This document shows, in pieces, positions 28,479 through 38,789 of a stretch of 64,000 nucleotides of DNA (position 1 is the stretch's first letter; each line of letters opens with the position of its first letter). The DNA is taken from the sequence record MG752970.1, one strand, 5' to 3'. Below the pieces are notes generated by a model. That model was given only the letters and a program-made list of their open reading frames with translations, was not told the origin of the DNA and did no database searches. The translations under genes and the position numbers were made by a program.

Positions 28479-29101
28479 ATTGTTCTCCGTTCTTCTTCAC
28501 GATGAGTGTTGTCGGGATCATTCACCCATTTGAGATTTGCTTCGATGAGTTTTGGTAGAGTAACAGGCGTGTAATCGATGAGTTCGACACACGCGCAGAT
28601 ATGCAGCCCTGTTTCTAGCTTCTTGTTATGAATGTGACCATGGATATTTAGAAGCTTTCCAGCTTGAAGCTGATCATCAGCAACCGGAACATGCGTCATG
28701 ATGTACTGAATTCCATTATGAGTGAAATGCAGTTTGTCAGTAATATAGTCGAAATTTAAATCTCTAAATTTCTTCTTGCCTCTATCCCAATCATGGTTAC
28801 CCTTCACGAGCACCTTATATCCCGGAAGAGAATCCAAGATTGAATTCATCTCATTGGTGCTCGTGAAGCACACATCGCCACAGTGAATCAGTATGTCATC
28901 CGGACCAACCGTATTATGCCACCTTTCCTGCATGGCTAGATTCATCTCTGGGATGTCGCTGAAAGGTCTGTTGCTATATTTGATAATGTTCTTGTGCCCA
29001 AAGTGCGTGTCACTCAGAAAAAATACGTTTGAATCATCAAACGTAAGCAGCCCCGGTTCTACGCCAAGATCAACGTCGAATGTAATTTCGTTTCTGTTCA
29101 T
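28475..29101 (-). CDS. Calcineurin-like metallophosphoesterase
   Basis: SDTHFGH, HCGD, KGNHD, THVP, IHGHIH. Confidence 0.9.
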   Translation of the reverse strand: MNRNEITFDVDLGVEPGLLTFDDSNVFFLSDTHFGHKNIIKYSNRPFSDIPEMNLAMQERWHNTVGPDDILIHCGDVCFTSTNEMNSILDSLPGYKVLVKGNHDWDRGKKKFRDLNFDYITDKLHFTHNGIQYIMTHVPVADDQLQAGKLLNIHGHIHNKKLETGLHICACVELIDYTPVTLPKLIEANLKWVNDPDNTHREEERRTI

Positions 29102-29122
29102 ATGCGGGGGAGAATCATGATT

Positions 29123-29545
29123 TTACCAATCGTAAACGAAGCTCAACATAGCTAATGCCAGCACTTCTTCCTTGAACTTATCAATGACATCTTGTGTGAC
29201 CCAACTATACGTTGACACTTCATCGCCTTCGTGCTGCCTGCGTTCCTCAAGATGATCTAGAATGTTAAACGTGTCTATCGTCTGATGGCGCTCGGCGTAG
29301 AATTCATCATACCACGTAAACTCAGTTCCAACAGCCTCTTGGAATGATTCCTCGAAACTGAAATGCTGAACCCACGAATATGCGTGTTTTAGCTCTGACG
29401 GCGCGTATTTGAAAACGGACCAACGTTCATCCAACGGAATACTAGTATCCTTGATTATTTCACGGAAATCCTTTTCAATTGCAATCAATTCTTTCTGAAT
29501 GCTTGAAATTCTTCCCTGAATTTCAGTCAATTTATCATTCATCAT
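29123..29545 (-). CDS. Hypothetical protein
   Basis: GGAGG SD before the ATG at 29545. Confidence 0.65.
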   Translation of the reverse strand: MMNDKLTEIQGRISSIQKELIAIEKDFREIIKDTSIPLDERWSVFKYAPSELKHAYSWVQHFSFEESFQEAVGTEFTWYDEFYAERHQTIDTFNILDHLEERRQHEGDEVSTYSWVTQDVIDKFKEEVLALAMLSFVYDW

Positions 29546-30023
29546 TGTCCTCCAGATCCTCTGAAAATTCGTGGTTAATGACCAATTCACCCAGATCGCC
29601 TGGGTTTAACTGGGATGCATCTAGATCACCTACGTTATATGATAGCGTCGTATGTGGCGTATAGTCTGGGAAATCCCAGGTAGCTTGATGGGTATCCATT
29701 AGATACTTCCACCGTTCTTCAAGTTCTGGACAATCAAGCAGTGCAACCAAGCAATTCTTCTGCCCTGAATTAGTAGGCCAAACCTTGAATCCCTTTACCT
29801 TGGCAATCATTGGTGTTTCAAGATCGCCCAATGGTTCATAATCCGGTAGATGCTTTCGCGAGTACAGCAACGTAGCATGCAGATCATTTTGGTCTACTGG
29901 ATTAGGGATGTTATTTTCCTCTGCAAAATCAGATAGCGCTTTCGCGCTATCTTCATCATACGTTACGGCTGCGTAAGTTCCAGTTTTTGGTTTGCTGGTA
30001 TCCAGCAGCTCTGTAACTTTCAC
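29535..30023 (-). CDS. acb1: Anti-CBASS 2H phosphoesterase Acb1 (T4 gp57B homolog)
   Basis: YAAV, IPNPV, LHATLLYSR, ATWDFPDYTPHTTLSYNVG match the T4 57B pattern. Confidence 0.88.
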   Translation of the reverse strand: MKVTELLDTSKPKTGTYAAVTYDEDSAKALSDFAEENNIPNPVDQNDLHATLLYSRKHLPDYEPLGDLETPMIAKVKGFKVWPTNSGQKNCLVALLDCPELEERWKYLMDTHQATWDFPDYTPHTTLSYNVGDLDASQLNPGDLGELVINHEFSEDLEDNDE

Positions 30024-31024
30024 TTTGGCGCCTTTACAAACTTGCGAGTTTCAACATCTCTCCAACGATTTAGTGCTACATCAAAGTAGATGCCATCATG
30101 AGCATCGTTCGCGACTGGCACAGAAACTTCTAGAACATTGCGTTCAGCTTCAGCGATTTGATCAGCATTTAGGAATCTACCCTTAGCATCACGCCACTTT
30201 CCATTTACATCGCGCTTCCAGCCCTGATTTGGAACAATGATTGACTTGCCGGTCTTTTCATCTTGTTCTAGGAACATGACTGAAGCAGTGAACGCGTCAT
30301 CCTTGATTCCATGCTTGTGTTCAGCAATGACTTGATATTGACAAGCACGACCTTTGGTATGTCGATAATCAGAAGGAATTGACACCACATCCCTAGGGTT
30401 AATCTTAACGATGACCACTCTGTCAGTGGATGGGTTGCTAGATGCAAAACTGGACAGATAGCTTAGCGAGCAGAAATGCAGACCTCTTGAGCAATGGTTA
30501 TCACGATTCGCATCAACATCTTCGCGCTTCATCCGAACCGTTTTTCCTGGAGAATTATCCATGGTTCCGGTATGAATATCTTTGAAGTTATGGCGAACGC
30601 GCTTATATGCCAAGATACAACCATCATCGGTGATCGTGAACTTACCAGATTGCGCGAACTCATAGAGCTCAAAAACTGCGTCCTCTGAAGGATTTTGAAG
30701 CACGTTATTTAAGAACAGAGTAAGTGGCTTCGCGTCTTTTCCTGATCTAACCAACGAAACGATAATTTCAGTTAGCGTGGTGTTGACAGGTTCACCCTTA
30801 TAATGAATGGTTTCATCAATGAGTTGAAGATCCGTTCCATGTAGGAATGTTCCAACTGCCTTGGCAACCGTCACCAGTCCTGCCACCTTGTCCCATTCTT
30901 TTGCCTGCAGAGCATCACGCAGTGATTGATAGTTCAAGTGCGTGCTGTCAATATTGTGTGTCACACCATCCAACTTCAAAATGATGAAGCTAGACTTCAT
31001 GATGTACGGAATTGCCTTAGTCAT
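30020..31024 (-). CDS. rIIB: rIIB-like protein
   Basis: FLNNVLQNPS, ITDDGCILAYKRV, DNSPG..V.M.R..VD, CSRGLHFC, DVVSIPSDY. Confidence 0.9.
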   Translation of the reverse strand: MTKAIPYIMKSSFIILKLDGVTHNIDSTHLNYQSLRDALQAKEWDKVAGLVTVAKAVGTFLHGTDLQLIDETIHYKGEPVNTTLTEIIVSLVRSGKDAKPLTLFLNNVLQNPSEDAVFELYEFAQSGKFTITDDGCILAYKRVRHNFKDIHTGTMDNSPGKTVRMKREDVDANRDNHCSRGLHFCSLSYLSSFASSNPSTDRVVIVKINPRDVVSIPSDYRHTKGRACQYQVIAEHKHGIKDDAFTASVMFLEQDEKTGKSIIVPNQGWKRDVNGKWRDAKGRFLNADQIAEAERNVLEVSVPVANDAHDGIYFDVALNRWRDVETRKFVKAPK

Positions 31025-33407
31025 AGGATTCTCCCAAATGTTTATCAATTGCTACTGCGTAATCTACTAATGCCTGAGCTTCACTTTTAACATAACAATT
31101 TGACACAAATCTCATTAGAGGATAACGTGCCAGCGATACCTCGATTCTTTCTCTAATTTCTTTGTCAGAATCATTCTTTGGATCAAATTTAGGATCTAGT
31201 AAAATACCCAGGTTGCGAATAAGTCGTAACGTTTCTTTCTTTTTCGTGTCTGTGATGGCTTTATTTACGAGAACAGCATCTCGCATCACTTGAGCAAAAT
31301 TAGTCTTACTATTTTCTAAAATTGTTCCAGACAAATCATCTTTGTACAAACTCTTTGCGATCTGCATGAAAATCGATGTTGTGTTGTGTTTAGACAAATT
31401 TTCATCCATCCATGTCACAATGTCAACCATCGAAATTTCTTCTTTATTCTTACTTACTAACTTTGAAACCTGATCTTTTAGATACGACAATACCTCAACC
31501 CACTTCCCGGTTTGCATGACATCCACATCAGATTTCCGGATAGCACGAATTTTTACACCGTTTGGTAGAAGACCAAGCTGAATTGAAATCTTGACCATTT
31601 CAGCAAGCTTTTGTTTTACCTTGCCATGTTCATAGTCATCGTTTTCAATTACATCAAATCCAACAACTCGCACATAATAGTACGTCTGTTTTGGATCTAG
31701 AGTTACCTTTTCCTTGGGCCATGACATCGCTGAATACAGAGTTTCAGTATGTCTGCTTGGTCGGCCATACCATCCCCTAGGTGGCTGCTTTTTAAATTCG
31801 TAGTCAAAAACAGAAAGCTCTAAATCCTTAGACTTTACTACCTTAGGTGATTCTCTCTTTGGAAGTTCTGACAGTTTTCGGCATTCAACATTCAGCAACC
31901 GCTGGAATTCTTTTAGCGCCTTTTCAAATTTGTTACCTGAAAGCTTAACATCTTCTTTGGGGCGAATCACGTAAATCGGGTTAGCATGTCTAGATGAATA
32001 AATGCCATGATTAGCAGCACCATCTTTACTTCTATTTTCCGCAAAAAATGATGCTCGATTTGCGGGTGTTAGTCGGTCTTGATCTTCGTAAAAGAATGTT
32101 CCATTCACTACGTCCAAATTATATTGGTACGTGTAAACGGGGACACGATTGCCCTTGTTGTCATAATCCCAAGATCTGTTTTCCAACAAACTATCTTTCA
32201 GGGTTCGTGAATCGACTTGCTGAATTCTAAAAATAGTCTGGGTTGGATCATCTATCGAAATGGTCTCATATTGATTGCTTAGCTGCTCACCTTTCCACGT
32301 AGGAACGTGCCAGCCCTGGGCGAGAATGGTATTCGTCAGCGGTAAGAACGACGGGTCACCCTTTCGCATTGACGCAAACATGCGCTTTGCCTGAATTCTA
32401 TTAGTGCATGTTGCAATCTTAGATTCAATTTCGGCGATAGATTCGTTGTAGATATGCTCTAATCTATCGATTATAGCTTTACACGTTGGCTTATCGTACG
32501 CCAACTGCTCTCGTGACACCGTAATTGCCAATTCACCAATAGCAAATTCAAGCATCAGTTTTTCACGAGACAACAGCGAAAACTTATTGGCGCTTCGACT
32601 GTATTCGTGCGCAAAAACTTTGTCTAGATCAACCGGATAAATGATTGGACCAAGCTTGACTAACAGACCCGAGAAGTAATTAGAACCGTTTTCAAACGCA
32701 TATCGATAAGTTCTGGCCTGTTTCGAGAATGATTCCGATGTCATCCTATCAATCCTGAACTGCGGGCGAGGATTTACGATTTGAGGAATCACCTCAAATG
32801 AACAATACGTCTTTTGAATGCATTGTCCAAAATATGAAATATCCTGGATCTTAACAGGAATTTTTACCTCAACGCCATTTGGTTCATTTGTCTCTTCTCC
32901 AACAATAACATCACCGGATGGAGTAGTTGACGAGGTAATAGACGTGAAGGCCGGAATACCCTGCGCATTACGATACATCGCGTATTCGACCTTAATTCCG
33001 TCTTTTACGCAAATGACCGTAAATGAATCAGTATAAGCAAATGGTGTCTTTGAGCCAAGACCAAATCCACCAATTTCGTCATTATTATTCGTCTTGGTGG
33101 ATTTGGTCATGACGGTGTAAATCTCTTTTACTTCTTGGGTGTTGAGACCGACACCGAAATCTTTCACCGAAAACCATGGTTCCATTTGCGTTGGAACATG
33201 AATTTCAAACGGCAGATTCTTACAACCAGCTTTTGTATGGGAATCTAGTGCATTTGATCCGATTTCTCTAACTACTGAAGCAATCTTGTCAGAGTAAATT
33301 TTGTCAAATAGAATTTCAAACATCTTTGCAGATGCATCAATTCTAAACGCACTTTCTTCAAACTCCTCAGATAGTTCTACTTCACTTAGTTCTTCTTCGA
33401 TCTTCAT
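31017..33407 (-). CDS. rIIA: rIIA-like protein (N-terminal GHKL ATPase)
   Basis: REIGSNALDSH, KDFGVGL, STK, GGFGLGSKTPFAYTDSF; adjacent to rIIB. Confidence 0.9.
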   Translation of the reverse strand: MKIEEELSEVELSEEFEESAFRIDASAKMFEILFDKIYSDKIASVVREIGSNALDSHTKAGCKNLPFEIHVPTQMEPWFSVKDFGVGLNTQEVKEIYTVMTKSTKTNNNDEIGGFGLGSKTPFAYTDSFTVICVKDGIKVEYAMYRNAQGIPAFTSITSSTTPSGDVIVGEETNEPNGVEVKIPVKIQDISYFGQCIQKTYCSFEVIPQIVNPRPQFRIDRMTSESFSKQARTYRYAFENGSNYFSGLLVKLGPIIYPVDLDKVFAHEYSRSANKFSLLSREKLMLEFAIGELAITVSREQLAYDKPTCKAIIDRLEHIYNESIAEIESKIATCTNRIQAKRMFASMRKGDPSFLPLTNTILAQGWHVPTWKGEQLSNQYETISIDDPTQTIFRIQQVDSRTLKDSLLENRSWDYDNKGNRVPVYTYQYNLDVVNGTFFYEDQDRLTPANRASFFAENRSKDGAANHGIYSSRHANPIYVIRPKEDVKLSGNKFEKALKEFQRLLNVECRKLSELPKRESPKVVKSKDLELSVFDYEFKKQPPRGWYGRPSRHTETLYSAMSWPKEKVTLDPKQTYYYVRVVGFDVIENDDYEHGKVKQKLAEMVKISIQLGLLPNGVKIRAIRKSDVDVMQTGKWVEVLSYLKDQVSKLVSKNKEEISMVDIVTWMDENLSKHNTTSIFMQIAKSLYKDDLSGTILENSKTNFAQVMRDAVLVNKAITDTKKKETLRLIRNLGILLDPKFDPKNDSDKEIRERIEVSLARYPLMRFVSNCYVKSEAQALVDYAVAIDKHLGESYD

Positions 33408-33739
33408 AGAATCCTTTCCGTCTTATACTTGGCAGTTCTGGCTGAAATTATTTCTCTTAGATACTTAACCGTGGGATCTTGAAATCCTTTGGGCCAGTTG
33501 ATCATGTTGGCGTATTCATCAAACTCAACAGTGCTGTCATTTATCTTTGCAACAGCATCACTATAAGCGATTTTGCCTTCTGCGATAGCTACTCGCAGAC
33601 AGTCGATGACTAGAAAATTTCCTACGTCTGCTGATGCTTGACCCGTTTCATTGTTCAGTGAAATGAGATTGTCAACAAAGTCTTGAACAGATGCGTCATT
33701 AAGAGCTTGTCCGGTTGCAATATATCGCACGATAAGCAT
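33404..33739 (-). CDS. Hypothetical protein
   Basis: Coupled to the rIIA start. Confidence 0.65.
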   Translation of the reverse strand: MLIVRYIATGQALNDASVQDFVDNLISLNNETGQASADVGNFLVIDCLRVAIAEGKIAYSDAVAKINDSTVEFDEYANMINWPKGFQDPTVKYLREIISARTAKYKTERIL

Positions 33740-33775
33740 TCTTTAACCCCATGTCATCAAAATCAATATATGAAT

Positions 33776-33804
33776 ATTGTAGCATCCCAGAGGACTAAAG
33801 TAAA
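33776..33804 (-). promoter_or_regulatory. Sigma70-like early promoter for the rII operon
   Basis: TTTACT-17 bp-TACAAT with TG at -15/-14. Confidence 0.55.
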
Positions 33805-33827
33805 AAGGGATACCAAAGTATCCCTTT
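33804..33827. terminator. Intrinsic terminator
   Basis: AAAGGGATAC-CAAA-GTATCCCTTT. Confidence 0.65.
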
Positions 33828-33850
33828 CATTTATCGCTCTAATTTTCTGA

Positions 33851-34090
33851 TTACTTGCGCTTGGTGGTAGTCAGAGCATATGCGTATGAACGCGTGGTCT
33901 TGCCAGCCTTCGTCGTGACGACTTCCTTGCGAGTTAGACCTGCTTCACGAGCGATGTACAGATTGCTCAGAATGGTTTGAACGGTCTTCTTGCTGTGACG
34001 GTTGCCCATCTTGGTGCGCAGTTGAGCACCAGTAGCATATTGGCCATTCAGTGATTGCAGCTTGGTCAGGATTTTCTCAGTAATAGTCAT
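33851..34090 (-). CDS. Small basic protein, possible winged-helix
   Basis: 79 aa, K/R/T-rich, biased codon use. Confidence 0.55.
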   Translation of the reverse strand: MTITEKILTKLQSLNGQYATGAQLRTKMGNRHSKKTVQTILSNLYIAREAGLTRKEVVTTKAGKTTRSYAYALTTTKRK

Positions 34091-34161
34091 TTTGTTTCCT
34101 TATGGAAGAGTTGTAATAAAACTACGATTTGCCACTTTACACTTTCGTGAACCCGTGACAA

Positions 34162-34623
34162 TTAGGCTAGTTTAAATTCACGCAGATACGTATGCAGTGC
34201 CAGCGCGGATTCAACTGTTTCGTATGGCAATTCGTCTTCAAGATTGAACGTGTAATAGTCGTACACGTAATCAGGAACAATCACACCAACTGCAGTAAGA
34301 GCTCCATTCAATGAATGCTCATCTTCATAAAATTTTACGAATGGAAGAGTCAGCTTGTGCGACAGTTTTTTAATTTGATCATGTGCTTCATCAAGAGCAC
34401 CACTGGGTCCACCCTGTAGGACAATAATGGTTTTGTCTTTTTCAGCCCATTCGAGATAAACTCGGCGGGCTTCATCATAATTGGGACCAATTCGATCACG
34501 TTGGCGGTATTTGACAAGCATTTCTGAGACTGCATGAGCAGTCTGAATCCCTCGCTGAATATCAGAAATGTAAAGATTTGTTAATGCATAGAAACGATAC
34601 TGTGTTCGCATTGTTGTTGTCAT
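34162..34623 (-). CDS. PTH2 (peptidyl-tRNA hydrolase II)-like phage protein
   Basis: GIQTAHA, W...KTIIVL.GG, F.ED..SLNGALTAVG pattern. Confidence 0.5.
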   Translation of the reverse strand: MTTTMRTQYRFYALTNLYISDIQRGIQTAHAVSEMLVKYRQRDRIGPNYDEARRVYLEWAEKDKTIIVLQGGPSGALDEAHDQIKKLSHKLTLPFVKFYEDEHSLNGALTAVGVIVPDYVYDYYTFNLEDELPYETVESALALHTYLREFKLA

Positions 34624-34663
34624 TGTTGAATAATTATTACGTTTATTTTAATTCACGAATATA

Positions 34664-35284
34664 CTAACGAGAAATGGAATATTCAACAAGTGGACCATCG
34701 ATATACACTTCACTCTCATTAGATTCTAATGTCCACCTTTTTGTTCTATTTGTCTCTTTGTCAAAATATACCGGAACATATCCAATGTATTTGCATAGAT
34801 CAAATTCTTTGTATATCCCAGGAACTCCCCATCTCCAATTATTAGGAGTGGTGAATTCATGGTATCTACTCAATGATTCTTTTAACAGCTTAGAATAACC
34901 GCCTACAATAGTTGTATAGTTTTTGGCAACGATGCGATGAAGAATCTTCTTTTCCGTATTAAACATGAATGCGTACACTAGCTCACCATCATGTTTTAGA
35001 CCAATAATCTCATTTGTGTCCAATGCAAATCCGGAGGTATGATTTGAATTGGCAAATAGTTTAGCACTCTCATAATCAATGCTAACTAATTCGCATTTTC
35101 TGGCCATAAGTTTATTATGGCTCCCTAATTTAGATGCTAAACGAGATTCTATTATTGCCGGCTTAGCTTCAAGCTCATGTCTAAAAACCCTCATCCTGGA
35201 TTCAGATACTTCCAGTTCTGATATTCTGCCCTGCACTTGTTCCGGCTTTATTGGATCTTCGACTCTAAATATTACATTGCTCAT
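34664..35284 (-). CDS. Hypothetical protein resembling the C-terminal domain of phage homing-endonuclease-associated proteins; ends in TAG
   Basis: IGLKHDGELV...TTIVGGYSKLLK motif. Confidence 0.45.
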   Translation of the reverse strand: MSNVIFRVEDPIKPEQVQGRISELEVSESRMRVFRHELEAKPAIIESRLASKLGSHNKLMARKCELVSIDYESAKLFANSNHTSGFALDTNEIIGLKHDGELVYAFMFNTEKKILHRIVAKNYTTIVGGYSKLLKESLSRYHEFTTPNNWRWGVPGIYKEFDLCKYIGYVPVYFDKETNRTKRWTLESNESEVYIDGPLVEYSISR

Positions 35285-36216
35285 ATTGGATTAAATCCTT
35301 TTCTGGTGTACATGAATACGCCATCAGAGTCTGGTTCTACTTCAAATCCACCATTTTCCATTTTGTAAATTAGAGTATCGTATGGAATGAATAGTCGTCT
35401 GTCATCATATGCAAAACGTTGGTAGATTTTTTCACGATACTTATTATCTATATGCTCAAACCCCTCGAATCCATGCAGTTTGGGTCTGTCTACCAAATCA
35501 ATATCAAACATTTCACGATATTGGTCTCTCTTAAACTCCGCTGAATCTTTTGCTGTTGGATTTTCTGCAAATTTCTTGAACGTATTGCTGGTCAAAATAG
35601 AATACATGATTTCAGGAGTGCTCTGCAGTGGAGACTCACAGCACATCATGCCTTTAAGATAATTTGCTACTGCGTAGTCCTTTTCTTTTTCTTCAAACAT
35701 CACCCGTCCATCATCCAGAACTTTCAATTCTGGTTGCATTTCTGTCAACACTACATAGAATCCTTCGTTAATAAGAGATGTGGCCATGAACGCATGAATA
35801 GGCAGCTGAGGACTTGGACATACTGCATAGGTCAAAAAATTATCATAGAAATAACTACCCCAGAATGCGTTCAGATTAATCCGCCTTACGTCGTATGTTA
35901 TGCAATCTGCGAATGGGATAAGCATTTGCGACGTAAAAAATTCCTCAGTGTCTGCGGAATTCAATGTCTGATTGTTATACAAGAACTCATAATGAATCGC
36001 GTGTATAAGAGTTTTTTCACCCAATGCAACCATCATTAGCTCACTATCTATTCCACCGCTTGCCAATACTGCAATAGGTTTACTTCCAGCATCAGCTATG
36101 ATTTTGTCAACGACCATATCAAGTTCCGAACGCGGTGACCCTACATTTCTGGATATTCCACCAATATCCATACACCAACGATCTCTTGAATGGTACGTGT
36201 GTCTATGCTTATTCAT
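35281..36216 (-). CDS. PP-loop / asparagine-synthase C-terminal-like ATP pyrophosphatase
   Basis: IAVLASGGIDSE, RPKLHGFE. Confidence 0.6.
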   Translation of the reverse strand: MNKHRHTYHSRDRWCMDIGGISRNVGSPRSELDMVVDKIIADAGSKPIAVLASGGIDSELMMVALGEKTLIHAIHYEFLYNNQTLNSADTEEFFTSQMLIPFADCITYDVRRINLNAFWGSYFYDNFLTYAVCPSPQLPIHAFMATSLINEGFYVVLTEMQPELKVLDDGRVMFEEKEKDYAVANYLKGMMCCESPLQSTPEIMYSILTSNTFKKFAENPTAKDSAEFKRDQYREMFDIDLVDRPKLHGFEGFEHIDNKYREKIYQRFAYDDRRLFIPYDTLIYKMENGGFEVEPDSDGVFMYTRKGFNPI

Positions 36217-37292
36217 TTCATTCCTAAATAAATGGCGTTTTTCTGGCCTGCTTGAGGGTAATCATCCATTGATATTTCGACAATGTTATCAAGCTCTACT
36301 TCATCTCTGTTTATAGAATATTCAAATTCAGTAAAATCAAATTTGTAGTCATTCCGGTTTTTATTCAATAGATTATCAAAATACGTATCGAAGAAAATTG
36401 GACACACGAATTTATAGATGTAAGCCCAAACACCACTCGATCTAACATTGAAATCAAATACTTTCACACGTCCATTATGTCTTACTGCCTGAATGGCTGA
36501 CATAATTGGAGCAGACATTTTGCTAGCAAAATTGAACGTATCAGTAGAATCAACCTTGCATCTCATGTACGTACACGTATGATTAGCATTCATGCGCATC
36601 ACGCCGCTCATCCACTGACGACCATGATTTCCTTGACTTCTAAATTGATCATTCAGATAGTGATGATAGATGACGTTCGACGTGTCAATATATTCTTGAA
36701 TGATATAAGCACCAAGCAAACCGGGCCTCATCTGGTAGCTATTAAATGCATCCAGAAGACCACGGCTGGAGAGGAAGTTCAAGAAATCTTTCTTTGAGTC
36801 ATGTTTAGTATATGACCATGGATTTCCACCTGAAGTCCCAGAACCATGAGACGGTTTAACGTAGATGGCTATATCATCTGGAACTTCTTCTAAACTGGAC
36901 CATGTTTTTACATAGTCTAAATCTGTGTCAGTCACAACCCGGTTGAGATTCGATTTATCAGAAATATCAAAACTATATGATTGACCCGGAATGGAATTTA
37001 CTCTGAAATTGACTTCATTGAAAATCCAGTCATTGCAAATAAAACCCATGGGCATATAATCGTCTTCATGGGATCTAATTTGCAAATCTACCAATGATTT
37101 GTCTATCATATTCGAGACACTGTCAAATTCCTGCACCAGTGATTTTCTTGGTGCAAGGAATTTTCCTTTGCAATAAATGTATGCTCGATGCCCCGCCTTT
37201 TCTATAGATCGCGCATACAAATTCGCTTTGTGCTGGGTCGTAATAGCCGAGCCACAGTAAATAGGAACGTTATACGTGGTGGTGCCAGACAT
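36213..37292 (-). CDS. ATP-grasp fold protein
   Basis: YVKPSHGSGTSGG, YIIQEYI, KVFDFNVRSSG (E.N.R-like). Confidence 0.6.
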   Translation of the reverse strand: MSGTTTYNVPIYCGSAITTQHKANLYARSIEKAGHRAYIYCKGKFLAPRKSLVQEFDSVSNMIDKSLVDLQIRSHEDDYMPMGFICNDWIFNEVNFRVNSIPGQSYSFDISDKSNLNRVVTDTDLDYVKTWSSLEEVPDDIAIYVKPSHGSGTSGGNPWSYTKHDSKKDFLNFLSSRGLLDAFNSYQMRPGLLGAYIIQEYIDTSNVIYHHYLNDQFRSQGNHGRQWMSGVMRMNANHTCTYMRCKVDSTDTFNFASKMSAPIMSAIQAVRHNGRVKVFDFNVRSSGVWAYIYKFVCPIFFDTYFDNLLNKNRNDYKFDFTEFEYSINRDEVELDNIVEISMDDYPQAGQKNAIYLGMK

Positions 37293-37836
37293 TTAACAAT
37301 TTAGCTTGTGCAGATCCGGATTTAAATCCGTGAACTACTTTGTTTGGACGCAATTGATACCACTTACATGTGCCATCAACTTCGAACATTAGATCACCAT
37401 CGTCCGTGTAGAGGGTAGTGGTAGCATCTGGTGCACCCTCTAGCAGAAAATTAGTCGTGACACTACTTCTTACGATGTTGTTGTCTAAATGCGTGCAGAG
37501 AACCCTGTTGGCCGGAACCACAAAGCCACTAACAGTACGTACTGGAAAACCGACTATGTCTTCTATTTCTTGTCGGTATGTCCCACCATACAGGGTGAAT
37601 AGATACGCAAAAAGAACACCGTCATGATGATATGCATCATACAAGGTGTTCTTTCCGGCATTAGTTTTAAATTTCCAAAACCAACGATCTGGGATTACAT
37701 ATCCGTATTCCGGTTCCTGATCTTGTAGGTAATCCCAGTATCTGTTAAAAACTTCTAATAATTTTGGAAGTGCTTCAGTATATTTTTCTTGGTCGCTCGC
37801 CATATTGGAATCCAAATAATCTCGCTTTGGCATCAC
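37270..37836 (-). CDS. 2OG-Fe(II) oxygenase-like protein
   Basis: CTHLD (HxD), TNFLL, VVHG, terminal beta-strand. Confidence 0.5.
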   Translation of the reverse strand: MMPKRDYLDSNMASDQEKYTEALPKLLEVFNRYWDYLQDQEPEYGYVIPDRWFWKFKTNAGKNTLYDAYHHDGVLFAYLFTLYGGTYRQEIEDIVGFPVRTVSGFVVPANRVLCTHLDNNIVRSSVTTNFLLEGAPDATTTLYTDDGDLMFEVDGTCKWYQLRPNKVVHGFKSGSAQAKLLNVWHHHV

Positions 37837-38437
37837 GCATGCTGCCGATGTCTAGCTCAAGATTATTTAGTTGACGGGCGGCGTCAATGATCTGTGCCCA
37901 TTTGCTATGTGACAAGCTGATAATTTTATCAGCAATAAGTTCATCCATTGCATTCAGTTCTTCGCATGTTTCAAAATCATGCTCAATATGAAGAACCTCA
38001 AAAACCTCGTAAGTTTGCGCGTGCACATCAACGTCAACAAAATCTAGTGCAATGTCAATGCCCCACTTAGGAACAATGGTGAGAAGTTTTGCAACATCCA
38101 TGGAATCATAGTTATCAACATAACTACGAATTTGATCTCGCAAATCTCCGGCAAAACCGTATCTAACAAATGCCGTAGTATGATCAATGGAGATTTGCGG
38201 AGGCAAATATGGGCCAATGTAATCCTCCATGTTCCAGTGCACCGATTTCTGATACAGAGCACAATCCTTATACTTTGGAACTTTAATTCCATTTTCTTTT
38301 AGGATTGCCACTTCAGCAGGTGTCAATTCAAATCCATCCTTATCAAAGTACTTTACGTTTTTAGTCGTAAGGTGCTTTTCCGGATTTTTAAGAGGCTGCG
38401 TTAGCCATCCGTCATTTTTGTCAAATGGTACTTGCAT
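37775..38437 (-). CDS. Hypothetical protein
   Basis: Coupled ORF, 220 aa. Confidence 0.7.
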   Translation of the reverse strand: MQVPFDKNDGWLTQPLKNPEKHLTTKNVKYFDKDGFELTPAEVAILKENGIKVPKYKDCALYQKSVHWNMEDYIGPYLPPQISIDHTTAFVRYGFAGDLRDQIRSYVDNYDSMDVAKLLTIVPKWGIDIALDFVDVDVHAQTYEVFEVLHIEHDFETCEELNAMDELIADKIISLSHSKWAQIIDAARQLNNLELDIGSMRDAKARLFGFQYGERPRKIY

Positions 38438-38789
38438 TATTCCATCTCTTTGTGATTTTTGCTTCTGCTAGAACCGATACTTCTTTGAAGAAGGTCTTTT
38501 CAGTGATTCCATTCCTTGAACCCTCTTCGGTGAATTCATACTTCCATTCCGAAAATCCGGGTCTACGAACGCGTATGAGTACTACTTGATTTGCTCGAGC
38601 ATACTCATTCATTGCCTCTTCTACGCATTGGCGAATGATTGCCAATTGGGATAGAGACAGAGTTCCACTGTATTCATCTAATACTTTTGAGAAATATTTA
38701 AGTCGGTATTTTCGACCCAATAATTTCTCAGCGGCAGACGGATCTCTCGTGAAGATAAAGTCCACCACTGCTTTTGGAGTAATCATCAT
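38421..38789 (-). CDS. Hypothetical protein
   Basis: Coupled ORF. Confidence 0.6.
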   Translation of the reverse strand: MMITPKAVVDFIFTRDPSAAEKLLGRKYRLKYFSKVLDEYSGTLSLSQLAIIRQCVEEAMNEYARANQVVLIRVRRPGFSEWKYEFTEEGSRNGITEKTFFKEVSVLAEAKITKRWNNASTI

